A stretch of DNA of 63,634 nucleotides, filler included, from Choristocarpus tenellus KU-1152 (lineage: Eukaryota > Protista > Phaeophyceae): the NCBI GenBank assembly GCA_964200185.2. It is 10 parts of 10 records of this genome, joined end to end, with 100 filler letters (N's around TTAATTAATTAA, not from the genome) between each part and the next. Parts side by side here need not be neighbours in the genome. Positions count along the whole stretch, not along the records: positions 24,597 to 27,774 come from CAXNAD020021755.1; positions 27,875 to 31,129 come from CAXNAD020021234.1; positions 31,230 to 33,849 come from CAXNAD020026213.1; positions 33,950 to 40,737 come from CAXNAD020007349.1; 6 more parts are not named here. One strand, 5' to 3'. The number at the start of each line of letters is the position of its first letter. Within the stretch, counting starts at the first letter, position 1. Shown in pieces: positions 24,597 through 36,600 of the stretch. The notes below the pieces were generated by a model that ran no database searches, had not been told where the DNA came from, and saw only the letters and a list, made by a program, of their open reading frames with translations. A program made the position numbers and the translations under genes.

Positions 24597-27500
24597 GGGG
24601 AGGAGGGTCGTCGTGTGGAGTGTGCCTACCTTTGTAATGATTGTCTGCCCGGGAGGAACCTTGTGACCTTTGCGATAGCGCCCCTCTTCCTCTGGTGTCG
24701 GATCCCTCAAGGTGTGCTGAGCTTTGGTTGCCTTGATAGTATTCACTAGAGATGAGATTCCCGGCATGCGCACTCCGTGTAGTTCCAGTCTCCTGGCGGC
24801 AGACTTTACCACAGCCCCGACTCCATCGGACAAGGACTTCCCGTGACATGAGGCAAAGAAGTTGTGTACCACGGAAATTCCCATCCGTGCTAAAGACTGT
24901 GAAACCCACCACATCTGCTATCTGTTCTTGAATTGACTCCCGCAGCCATCAGACCAGATGTGCAGGACCTCTAGAGTCTGTCCGTATTCACTGGCTAGAG
25001 GTATTAGGCGGTCCTTCACAAGCATCTCTACGGCATTCTGGACGAACTCGTTGTCCTGGCTTTGGTCTTCACTGCACACCGTCATGTTGTGAGCCCAAAC
25101 CCTTCTATTCCCGAGATTTCCATCTTCTCCGAAATCCGTCAACCACCAGACAATGGTCAGAAGCGCCGTAAGGAATAGGTTGAAGAACTCTTGTTGTGTC
25201 AAGTCCTGGTGGTTGTATTGCAGGTGGGCGCTGAAGTTCATGGATGTGGCGGCATGTCCTTTGGGGAGGCGGGCTTTCCAGTGCTTGTATTGTTGCGCCT
25301 GCCAAATTGTGGTGTTGTCATGAAGGAAGAAGCTTTTCTCGAAGTTTGCAAATATGACTTTTAGGAGTGTGGGGAATCCCTCTGTCCTTGGGAACAGCAC
25401 CTGCATGGAACGGGCGAGGTGGTCGTAAGTCGGGAGTTGTTGCTGGTGGTCGTAAGTCGTGGTGATTCGGACTGAGTTCTCTGGTGTAACCAATTATGTA
25501 CGGTGCTGTTGGAGGGAGTATCTGCTGATTGTTTGACCAATACGCCGTGTATGAGACACATGCAATGTACAGCGTAACTATTATTGGAATGAAAATGTCG
25601 CTCTCACCTTTCGCCTTCGACTGTGTTTGTCCGTGGGCCCTGTGGCGTCTTCGTTGTCGTTATCCTCGGTCCTGTTCCTCCTGAGGTCGGGGGCGGACTC
25701 TCCCACCATGCACTTTGTGATAATCAAATCGTCGGTCATGAGATTGTCCGTCCTCAGCTCCGCATATTTTTCGGTGATCAACTATATCATGTTGTCTATG
25801 GTGGTCTTGGGGTGGCGATGCCAAGTCTAGACGACAGCGCCTGTGTGGCAGTGTAGGCGGGTATATATATATAGCGTTATTGCAGCATGGGTGTGTGGTC
25901 TGGATGTTTATACCGGGGTGTGGTCGACACATTGCACAGGTTGCTGCGTCGGTCCTGTACCCGCCGTGAGGGTGGAACCGGACAGGTTCTTCTTCAAAAC
26001 TTAATTGGTTGGTGAGTGTTTGGATAAGGCCCACCTTTAATTCCTGGCAAGTATTTGGTTGCAGATCCGCCTCTACCACCGGGGTATACGCGTGGATGAA
26101 CTCGTTCCACGTGACACGGGTGCTGTGAGAGTCCAACATACAAGGGCATTTCCACATGGGATGAGATTTCCAGTTGCACAGGTAACATGTACTGTCGACA
26201 CACGAATTTTTGAAACCGCCCAAGGAACCGCCAGAGGACGGTTCGCTGAGGGGTTCTAGCACGTTCCTGTCGCATCTATTTTGTTTTGATCAGTCCATGA
26301 GTGGTTTTTGTTGTCAGTGTGAATGTTTGCGTAGCGGATGGAACGTCACTAGTGGAGTCTGGGCAGAGTACGTAGTGAAACTGTTTGGGTGTGTGTACGT
26401 TGGTGTATGTATCTTTGGTGGTCTCATTATTTTGGATACCATTACAGCACATCGTGATAACACATTCGCCCTGTCAAGGATGTGGTTTGGAAGACAAGAT
26501 TTCAAGAGGAAGGCCATTAGATGAGCGCCACTTTCGAGTGCCGTCTCCACTTCTTTAGACCCGCATCCTTTAAGTGAAAGTATCTTAGAGGGTATGAGTT
26601 TTTTCCTGTTTGTCCATTTGGGGCTTGGCTTCCCAGGTGTATTTTATTACATTTTACCTACTCCAAAATTGTTTGGAGTAGGTAAAATGCACACATTCTG
26701 AAAAGGAGTGTCCAGAACAAAGATATTGACATTTCCTAACAAATATGATAGCCAAAATTACATCAAAATTGCAATATTGGATTTTGGCTCCCAAATGGAC
26801 GCGGCTCTACCCTCTAAGATAATTTGGGTCTTTGCCTTTGCCCCAGAATTCGCATGTGCATGCGCAAGCGCGTTGTCCATCATCGCGAAAGCTCATTCTC
26901 GCATGTACTTTCTTCCAGTTCTCTCTTAGGCACTGAACCTGGAGGTCGGTGGCCATATGGTGGATGCAAACGCATGATCTGTGTTGCACGAGAGATTGGA
27001 GGGAGGAATGCGGTCGGTGGGTTATCCTCCCTTGAGTGTGGACACTAATGATGCAGTACGTGACTGGCTATCCTGTGGCGGCTAGGAAACGTAGAGTTAC
27101 CCAATCGCCACTGTAGCGTGTACCCCAAAAAACGAGATACTATTTCCGCACATACCTTGGCGTGGCCTTTGAAATGTAGAACGGTCTCCACTTCACGAAT
27201 GTTGACAGACAGGGTATTGGTCCTGAGATCCCCTCCTGTTCGAATCTCTCTTTGAAGTTGCCATAGACATCCTCACCTTTCCCAATCTTTGATCTGTTGT
27301 GATGTCGGTTGCACCACGTGTACGTAGTGTAATGTCACAGTTTTGTTGGAGGGTGAAAATATTACACAGTGATTAATCCATAAGGTGTCGAGGGTGGATA
27401 CGCGCAATATTTGTGAGGATGACACTCGCTAGTGTTGAGTACCTCTGAGCGTGCTGTTGGCACAGTGCATCCGGATGGCCAACTCTCTTGTTCGTATGCG

Positions 27501-27700
27501 GGTCTAAGTAGTGCACTCCCTGGGTGGGATCGTGAGATGTGACCGGATCGTGGGGCATGGCAGTGCTGTTGCTCTCCCACACAGTGATACCCAGAACATG
27601 TGTATCAGGATGCTGTACATGGAAGTGTCGTGAGGAGTTGTACCTTCTCACGTCGAACACCCTTGATCTGCTGTTTTGTGCGAGGAACGATGGGATATAT
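24597..27700 (-). mobile_element. Sola2-type DDD transposase pseudogene
   Basis: HRSCVCIHHMATDLQVQCL; SMNFS (first catalytic D changed to N); VLHIWSDGCGSQFKNR*; HNFFASCHGKSLSDGVGAVVKSAARR, matching the Sola2 SDG..Q.KN / FFA..HGK...DG.G..VK signature; stops, frameshifts and a MITE-A insertion. Confidence 0.8.
26572..26830 (-). mobile_element. MITE family A inserted in the Sola2 transposase
   Basis: AAGTGAAAGTATCTTAGAGGG ... CCCTCTAAGATAATTTGGGTC; TTT/TTT flanks; removing it plus one triplet restores CEFWGKGK-GCGSKEVETALES. Confidence 0.9.
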
Positions 27701-27730
27701 GGGGTGTGTGTCGGTTGTGCAGGAGAATAT

Positions 27731-27774
27731 GAGCCAAAGTACCTTAGAGGGTAGAGCAGCGTTCATTTTGCGGT
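27731..27774 (+). mobile_element. MITE family A left end, cut by a gap
   Basis: GAGCCAAAGTACCTTAGAGGGTAGAGC. Confidence 0.7.
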
Positions 27775-27874
27775 NNNNNNNNNNNNNNNNNNNNNNNNNN
27801 NNNNNNNNNNNNNNNNNNTTAATTAATTAANNNNNNNNNNNNNNNNNNNNNNNNNNNNNNNNNNNNNNNNNNNN

Positions 27875-27975
27875 GCGATTTTCTGGCTCGATACTGACGT
27901 TGAGGGACGAAGGCATGGGGAGCAAACAGGATTAGGAACCCTGGTAGTCCATGCTGTAAACGATGAGTGCTAACT
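27875..27975 (+). rRNA. ~100-bp bacterial-type SSU (16S-like) rRNA fragment, probable organellar insertion (NUMT), non-functional
   Basis: ACTGACGTTGAGGGACGAAGGCATGGGGAGCAAACAGGATTAGGAACCCTGGTAGTCCATGCTGTAAACGATGAGTGCTA matches the conserved segment around E. coli 16S positions ~750-825; similarity ends abruptly. Confidence 0.85.
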
Positions 27976-28814
27976 CTAGGAGATTGAAGGAAAACAGAGG
28001 TAGAGGGAGGATGCAGCACCTATAGAACTGTTGTATATCTAACATTATAAGGGTGGCTTTTTCTCCTGATCAACGCACGGAGTAGTCTAATGCTATTCCT
28101 TCATAAAGCAATGCTTCATCGCCCCTCTTGTTCTCAGATTCACTTCTAGGTGGTCCGCCATACTGACATAGTGCGTTGTGCTAGTATTGCAAGAACACAA
28201 TTTGTGTGTGGACAAAGTAGGGAGGAGCGAAGAGTGCGAGCTGCCTGACCAACAATAGGTGTGCATTGAGTTGAATAACTGGAAGTAAACCGCTATCCCA
28301 GCAAAATAATCTTAAGTGGAGGAGAGGTAGGTGGGGCCAATCTCAAGTGTGGTTGCACACCACATTAATCCAACAGTTATAAAAGGCATTTAACGAGTAA
28401 CCCTTCATCTGTTAGTCAATATTCAAAGAAGTGCAAGGAAATACTCTCCCGTTGCAGAACACCCCCAACCCTTCTTCATCCCTTCCATCTTATGGATGGC
28501 ATCCCATGGACCTACTTGCACTAGTTTGTTGTAAACAATACTAACTTTGTTTTCCATTTTTTTACTCTTCCCTAACCAAGCAAGCAACTCTTAAAGATGT
28601 GCATACACACTCAGAGAGAGACGGTGCTATGATGAACAATGAAAATAGTCTCGATCAGGACGAAAAACCAACTTCCTCCAGCACACAACAAGACCTCCCT
28701 CCTCTGACATTGTTTGCCATCGACAAATTATCTGCCCACCTCTTACCTTCTCAATCTCTATCCCTTGCTACCAATAGCCATACAGTCACCCGTGATACCT
28801 CTCACCTAAACCAG

Positions 28815-30334
28815 GAGGAACTGCTGGACAGCCCATCCTAGGGAGCATTGACAGCGAGGGTCTGAGTGAGGTGGTTGTTGTTGTTACACGATATTTTGGG
28901 GGCATAAAGCTGGGGACAGGAGGGTTAGCCAGGGCCTATTCGGGGGTGGCACGGCTGTGTCTCCAGCAGGCAGAAAGGTGTGAAACTTGGGATGCCTGGG
29001 GGGATGGATATGGTAGTTGTGGGATGGAGAAAGGTGGGGTAGGTGGATATATGGTGGTGGTGGAGTGGGGGGATTGACATAAATGAGGTGTATTGTAGCA
29101 GGAGGAAGTACTTGTAATGGGCTATATTCATGACTGACAGAGTATGGCAGGGGGCAACAATACTGTTTGAAGGGTGAGGATTACGGGGGTTTCAGCCATT
29201 GTGTTTCAAGCATTTGGGTAAACTATTATGTTGGCAGTTAGAGATTGGAACCTGAAAGTGTTGAGTGGACATCATCATTGAGTATTGTTGTACAACCAGG
29301 ACCCAAAAGAACAAGCCAAACTACTGAACCAGCCTTTTGTCTCCTTGCCCCACCACGCCCCTGCCATAGAGTTTTGCGGCTGCCTGTATCAACGATGTTG
29401 GTGACCGCTCCAATACAGAGTATAGGAGGTGTGTACCAAGCCTTGGCATGCTGCCAACGACTGTCAGAGGAGTTTACATCGGACAATAGGATCAGGCTCA
29501 AGGTTATGTCCGAGGTGGGGCAGGTGAGTATGGGCAGGGACTGTAATGAGTAGGGTGTTCTACGGTAGCAGTACTGAGCAGCAATATTGAAGTGCACTCA
29601 GATGCCACTTGATAGTAGTGTTTGTTTGAAGAACTAACGCTTTGTCTTCTGGAGTAGGGCCTTGATGTATGCCACTGGTTGAACTTGGATTGCATTACTG
29701 GATGGAACCTTTCCTCTTGTCTGATTGGTCTGTAGTGGCAAGGAATGAGAGTAGAATCGGTATTTTTTTCACAAACCCTATTAATACCAGTATTACGCTC
29801 AGATGAACTCAACAGATGAAGAGAGCTAAGGAGGAGAGAAGAGATTTCAAACTTGAGGTTGAAGTTGCTTCCTCCTCTGCATCGCCACATGAACCTAGAT
29901 GACCAGCAGGGTAAAGATGAGGCACATCTCCAAGAACCTTGGTCCAGATCTTGTCTGTTTAAGATGCTGGTGCCAGTGGTAAATTGAATGAAGCAATTGA
30001 GCATACTGCAGGAAAGCAGACAAAGACCCATGAAGGACCGATTCTTGCCACTGCAAATGAGACACAGCAAAGCAAACACTGATGCATCAGACATGAACGC
30101 TAATGTAGGCATTAGCAAACTTGTCATGCCTTCAGTCCAATACTGTTTGATGAGTCCATGTGTCTACTGCAGGATAGATCATTCCAGTCAGCAAGTGGGC
30201 ACTAAGACAATCCACATATAGAATGTCCCCAATCGCTTTGTTCTCCCCTCTAACTCTCTTAGGTTGAGGACGTGATCCAAAGGATACAAGATGCTACCAG
30301 GGGAGCTGCAGTGATAGATGTCCAAGGTCCTTGA
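28815..30334 (+). CDS. IMPACT/YigZ (UPF0029) family protein, last three exons
   Basis: Exons 28815-28977 ([41 protein letters not shown]), 29370-29523 and 30263-30334 ([23 protein letters not shown]); phases match with GT-AG sites. Confidence 0.9.
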
Positions 30335-31261
30335 GCAAACATTAGTGTTCTGATGCAGCCCTCCTTCTCTGCCAAGAAAATCTCTACTGAACAAAGGAAT
30401 TATTACCCTCAAGGAAGCACTATAACAATAGAATTTTTTGGAACCTCCCTACTGCAACTGTAGTTCATGCAGAAGGTGGGGGAAGGCAGGAGCTGACTCT
30501 ATGCAGAGAGGAACATAGAAATCTGTCAGGGCTGAAAGTCCTGCCTGGCAGTTGTGTTGGGGTGTATGAAGTGGGGCCTCTAGTCATTTGTCTAGGGGTC
30601 AAAATGTGAATTGGTTGTAATGGAAGCAACAAAAGGTATGACCAGGCACCCTTGTCTGTCCTGTACACTGTCTTGCCTAGCTATCCAGGACCCGGCATGT
30701 TTTCCCTTGGAGAAGCACGATGTCTCAGCACACTTCAGAAAAATCATGGTCCCACATGTTCCCACATCTCTATCATCTGAAGTACATGGTTCTCTTCGTC
30801 CATCCCTTCCACCATTCGCATCCTATAAAAGTCGCCACAGTGCTACTGCTATATATATGCACCCCTTGCAGTTTTTTTGAAAAACTTTTTAAAATTTTAC
30901 TACTTGATAATTCCCTTCTACTAGGCCTCTACTTGCAGAGGGGTTTGTGTGAAATGATCCCTCCTGAACGTGGATGTGATTGTGCTGATACAATATGAGA
31001 TGGAGGCATGTGTTACATATTACACAAGTGACCTCACGGTCTTGGTTCCCCAGACTGACCATGATTGAAGAGCAGGGGAGAGAGATGTATATGCTATTAT
31101 TATTTACAGTGTCCACACATGGACTACCCNNNNNNNNNNNNNNNNNNNNNNNNNNNNNNNNNNNNNNNNNNNNTTAATTAATTAANNNNNNNNNNNNNNN
31201 NNNNNNNNNNNNNNNNNNNNNNNNNNNNNCCCCCCCTCCCAGATAATTTGGGTCTACTGGC

Positions 31262-31486
31262 GTTTTTCCATTCTTTTCCAACTTCTTGTCTGTCTTCGTT
31301 CACTATGGATAGGTGTTGGTCGTGCGGTTGTGGTAGTGATGTTTCTTTGTCCATGTTTCGCAAGTGGAAGGTAATAAGGGTGTGCTGACTTTTTTCCATT
31401 TCTTTCCAACTTCTTGTCTGTCTTCGTTCACTATGGATAGGTATCAGGCGTGGGGTTGTGGTAGTGATGTTTACTTGTCCATGTTC
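31262..31486. repeat. Local direct duplication (~97-bp unit, ~128-bp period)
   Basis: TTTTTCCATT..CCAACTTCTTGTCTGTCTTCGTTCACTATGGATAGG..GTGGTAGTGATGTTT..TGTCCATGTT occurs twice. Confidence 0.85.
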
Positions 31487-31748
31487 ACACGTCGCTAACA
31501 CGATGCACGCGGTGACCCACACCACAACGGAAATCATGAGACCCCACGACTTTTTGTGTGAGTATCAGTACATCGTAAAGTCTTCCTTCCCCACACGAAA
31601 AAACAAGCGTGCTGCGGTACACCTCAAGATATTGAACCAACGCCGGAATAACCCCTACGTACGTGATATAACCTTATCGCATGGCAAACACTTGAATACC
31701 ACATGGTTGGTCTGTCACATGTACGCACATGATGTTGCAGGTATCCAC

Positions 31749-32154
31749 TGTTGAACTATCCTACACTGGACCCGCGGCTTTTATGATGCTTTAATGAAGG
31801 ACTAAGAACAGCTTGATATAGATTATTAAGGTTAATATTACAAGGGCCTTTGTGGTCTCGATTCCGCTGACTGAGAACGTGGGTAAGACCAGCGTTGATT
31901 GCCATGAGGGGTTTGCAACATCCACATGGATGATCACAAAAGAACATTATAATCAGAAAAGAATATTGCAATCAGAAAAGAATACATTCACTGCGTCATA
32001 TATGATTTGTGCAGACTTCAACTAGGATACACCAAAACATATATATGTCACTACTTTTCCTCCATTACTCCATTACTCCACTGGTGGTGTTTATCTTTCC
32101 TAATCTACTCCACCGATGGTGTCTATAGTGTATCTGCAGCACTATCTACGAACA
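31749..32154 (+). mobile_element. Solo LTR with perfect 5-bp TSD
   Basis: TGTTGAAC...TACGAACA flanked by TCCAC on both sides. Confidence 0.9.
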
Positions 32155-32376
32155 TCCACGTCTCTCGTTCAAGAACGCGTGATAGGCCCTTCGTGCCTGC
32201 CGGAAGCCTTGGGGCAGACCCTCGTCCCAATTGAGACGCAGTGATGTTTTGCTGAGGCCGTCAATCCTCAGGGAAAGGCAATGGGACGCGATGAGGCGAC
32301 CGTTTTCGTTGCGAAGACAGTAGCGACGGACTTCGGCCCCCAGATCGAGGTGAATCTGGCATAGAATGCACTTCGT

Positions 32377-32633
32377 GAGCCAAAGTATCTTAGAGGGTAG
32401 AGCCGCATCCATTTGGGGCCAAAATCTAATGTTGAAATTTTGATGTAATTTTGGCTATCATGTTGTTAGGAGATGTCAATTATCCTTGTTCTGGACTCTT
32501 CTTTCATACCGTATACATTATATCTACTCCAAAACATTTTGGAGTAGGTAGAATATCATTTAAAACCCGTGAGAAGCCAAGCCCCAAATGGACAAACAGG
32601 GAAAAAATCGTACCCTCTGAGATAGTTTCGCTC
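32377..32633 (+). mobile_element. MITE family A, full copy
   Basis: GAGCCAAAGTATCTTAGAGGGTAGAG ... CGTACCCTCTGAGATAGTTTCGCTC; TCGT/TCGT flanks. Confidence 0.9.
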
Positions 32634-32982
32634 TCGTAACATATCTGTCAAGAACGAACGGCAGAGTCACGCTCTTGGCACGAACTAGACACGTTTTTCT
32701 TCTTCCCGAGTCCGAACCAATCTAATGCGGCACCCAAATACGTCGCGTAGAAGACTATGGACCTTGCGGATAAGTGTTGGATCCATTGTGTGTTCAACGT
32801 TTGCCACAATAAGGTTGCCGTTTTGCACCACCTTCAGTCGCGCACCTCCAAATCACGTCCATTCATGAATGACCGAAATATAGCCCCCCCCTCAACACCC
32901 CTCCAACCTCCCCAACCCCACCGTCGTCTTTGTCTTCCGTAATGCTCAGCCGTGTGCAGGCTCGTCCTCGAATCCCGCCGAA

Positions 32983-33604
32983 ATGGCCTTATTTCCCCTT
33001 GATGGGAAAGACTACAAAGTCGGCAGAAATGACCTCCCTGCGTGGGGTGATCTCCTAGTGTGCAACTCTCGATCAGAGGCCTTCCGTTCGATCTCTCTTG
33101 ACGACCAAGAAGAACAGTGCATTCCTTTTTTTCATATGACCAACAACAACCAGCTCAAGCGCATGCTTTCGCCCGGAATGGAGGTGTGTGGGCCGGGCGC
33201 AGAGCTCTACTTGCGCGTGGCAGCCACTTGCCCTCTCTACTACATGCGTTGAACCGAGAAGGCAGACGACGCCAACATTAAATTCACGTCAAAAGTTCCG
33301 CAGAGCGGAAGCCGTGATGAGGTCCTCCTCCTCTTCTCCCAAGTTGGCCCCGGGTCTTACGGTAGTGCGTTCTCGTGGGTTCGAATTGCGGGATTCGGAC
33401 TCGGACTTCGCGCCAATCGCCTCTAGAAAGCGCAATCGTCCCTCTTCCCGCACGGGTGGAAAGGGGAAAGGTCCCAAGGTGCGGAGGGGCGCCGGTGATT
33501 TTGCGCCGGAAGACGAGCCGGAGTATGTCAGCGACACGGAGGAGGACGAGGAGGAAGAAGAGGGGGATGAAGAGGAGGATGAAGGGGAGGACGAAGACGA
33601 GTAA
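32983..33604 (+). pseudogene. GC-rich frameshifted ORF ending in a basic NLS-like segment and an acidic tail; function unknown
   Basis: ORFs 32983-33252 and 33188-33604 (SRKRNRP..GKGPKVRR..EEDEEEEEGDEEEDEGEDEDE*). Confidence 0.3.
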
Positions 33605-36600
33605 GAAGAGGAGGGGGACGGGGGGCGGGGACAGGGGGGGGGAGTGGCGGGGGTGCGCACATGCTGTCAAATGGATGATTGAGCAACGGAAAACAGAGGA
33701 TACGGGAGTGTTGTTGTTCATGATGCCTCGTTCGTCCAGTAGTTCAAGCAGATTGTTCATGTGTCTGTTGCACTCCCGGTAACGTGCTTACCATCGTTGG
33801 CGCCCGTGCTTGCTTCAGGTGACATGCACAGTGTCTCGCAGTGGCGGGGNNNNNNNNNNNNNNNNNNNNNNNNNNNNNNNNNNNNNNNNNNNNTTAATTA
33901 ATTAANNNNNNNNNNNNNNNNNNNNNNNNNNNNNNNNNNNNNNNNNNNNAGTCAGCTTTCGTACAGGGGGCAGTGTTTGACGTGGCCTCAAGGGGGGTTC
34001 CCTCCTCAGGTACAGGTACAGAGAGAACCGGGAAGAACCTGGAGTGACCGACCACCCTGTTGGTACCACAATGGTCAAGCACAGGATAGTCATTACAAAA
34101 ACAATAACGAGATTATTAGTGTTATCAGTGCTAGGGTTAGGGCGTGTATGTACAGGAAGGAGATGATCTCAAAAAGGTGTCCGTGCGGTCTAGGGGAAGA
34201 GAGAGCGCATGCTCTGGTCATGTTGAACTCGACCTGCTACATTGCAGAACAGACAATCACAACTGTAACAATAACAACTGTAACAATCACAAATGTTATC
34301 ACTCGAATCATGAAGCTATCAACCGCGACAGTTGATTCGGCTTCAGTTGAAGTAGTAGAAAATAATCAGCGCCATCACAATTAATTTTTTTTCTCAATTA
34401 TTATTATTATTGTTGGTATGTATGTAGCTTATCCCAACACAGGCAGAAGTGCATCAGAGGTCAGAGAATCACCCAACCTGTGATATTGTATTCATCACGA
34501 AAAACGCTCACAGCACACAACACACAAGCCACCACACATTCATGACTTAGGATCAGCCTGAGACCGTTTAGGCTTTCTTAGGTCTGAAGAGTTTAAACAG
34601 ATACATCTTCCGATGCATGCCCTCCCACCTGAGGATCATGATGATGAGGAAGAATATGAGTCTGATGAGGTCACACACACAGAGAGAGAGAGGAAGGCAG
34701 ATACTTGCAGAGGAGAGGTGGAATGTGTGCATAACTGACAAAAGATGAGACCTGTCTGGTTGACATCTCTATGTGGCGTTTTTCCCTAACCCTAACCCTG
34801 AGATACCACAGTCTAGCCTTTGTCTAGCCTTTGTCAAGACTTTAATTTCCATTGTGGTCATATGTGAGATATTGTAAGATCTAAACCAAGAATGTGATAT
34901 TCAAATCAAGAACTGCGATGTTGCCAGGATGGAGATTCAAATCGGGGAATCTAGGTCAGCCGCAAACATGAAGAACTACCTTACATGCAGCAAACCTGGG
35001 CATGGTGAGGCCTTTTGAAACTTTGAGGGGAGGGGAGGGGGGACCGGGGTCGAGGACAGATGGTCGCGTGGCCAAATTATTCAAACTGAAGGCATCTGAT
35101 TGGGTGACCTTTGCGTTTTGCTTTGAGGCAATGTAGACCCAGGTCACTCTTCATGTACATTGCGAAGGCGTCTTTCATGACGTCCGTTAACCATCTAGTC
35201 TCTCGGTTCTCTTCATCTTGTTGATATCACAGCTACTTCTTGTGCGCCGATCATGCTCCCTCCCCCCCCACAGCTATATATGTAGTATACTCTAAGCATG
35301 TGATATCTAAATCATCTTCTTGGAATCGCTGCCCTTCATGTGATTCAGGGTAGTAAAATAGACCTGAGGGGAATGAGGTGTTAACTTTGATACACCATAG
35401 GACCATTCTGTAGTGTATCGAACATAACACATAGCCCCCCACCCCCACCCCCCAACCTCTACCATCATCCCGACTCAGGTGGTGGAGAGCACACATTTCA
35501 AGAAGATTATCAAGACCCTGAATAGAATGACTGTACTACCTGATCACTCTTTACTCAACTTACTGACGCCATAACCCTAACCCTAACCCTAACCCTAACA
35601 TTTTATACACTGAGGGTCAACATAGGCAGCCTAAAGGTCAAGGATTACAGAAGCAGAGCAAGGCTTCGATAGCTTGGAGTCGTGTGGAGTTGGAAGTGGT
35701 TCGCATAGTGGAGGAGGAGGAGCAATCAATGCAGGGTATGCTAGACATACCTAGCACAGTTCATTGTAGGCTACACACAGCCTACGAGGAGGGAGACCTT
35801 GCAGCCTCAGACGGAAAAGAGGCTAATGGGATATTCAAAAGAGCTCAGTGGGTGAACACAGTGTTGAGAGTTTAGCTACTGGAGATGGAGAGGTGGAGCA
35901 ATTGTTGTTGATGAAACTAACCCTAACCCTAACTGCAATAGAGTCTGCTCCTTTTTTTTTTTAAGACAGACAGACAGAGAGATGCCTTGATGTGGGGTGA
36001 TGGCAAGAGTTACATTAATGATTTAACGACTTCAATGGTGTCAAAAAAGGGATTCATGTTTTCCATCCTTAGCCAAGCTTGCCCGACATGTTTTGACCAT
36101 TCCTACTTTTCAGGCTGACTCAGACCTAATATTGTTGTGATCGGTGAATACAGCCCCTGTCAAGAGGGACAGGCAAGATCAGGCAAGATGCAGATAATGA
36201 CGATAACAAGAGTAGTAATAGTAAACATAATAATACCCAGCTGCTTCTTTTGCTTTGTGGTCCTTGGAGAAAATTGGATGCACTAGAGGGAGTCAAGCAA
36301 GCAGCTGTCATCAGGAGAATAGAGAAACACAGTCACAGCAGCAGCAGCAGCAGCAGCAGCTACTCAATATTTTCTCTGGGATTGGGAGTTTTAAATGTGT
36401 GTAGTAGTCTGTAAGTAGAGGTATTGTAACAATAAGGTCAATTTGTTGTTATATCATCAATTCTACTAACTGATAACTTGCACACAACATAACTCTTGGT
36501 TGTTTTCTATGCATGTATGTATATTGCCCTACACAGTCAACCACTTGGACACATATTCTTCAGCCTTCCCCAACTAAAAACCAAGATACGAATGACCAAC

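Noticed and set aside
24597-27700. Fanzor/TnpB or another RNA-guided nuclease carried by the transposons
   Set aside because: No RuvC motifs or the characteristic zinc finger plus RD.NAA signature found by eye in the provided ORF translations; the Cys clusters belong to the Sola2 protein
29504-30127. 207-aa minus-strand ORF
   Set aside because: Lies inside an IMPACT intron, antisense to what looks like a degraded LINE fragment; no recognisable domain
35620-35875. Exon-like segment (..VHCRLHTAYEEGDL..) faintly reminiscent of the Dna2 N-terminus
   Set aside because: Similarity too weak, and neighbouring candidate exons contain stops
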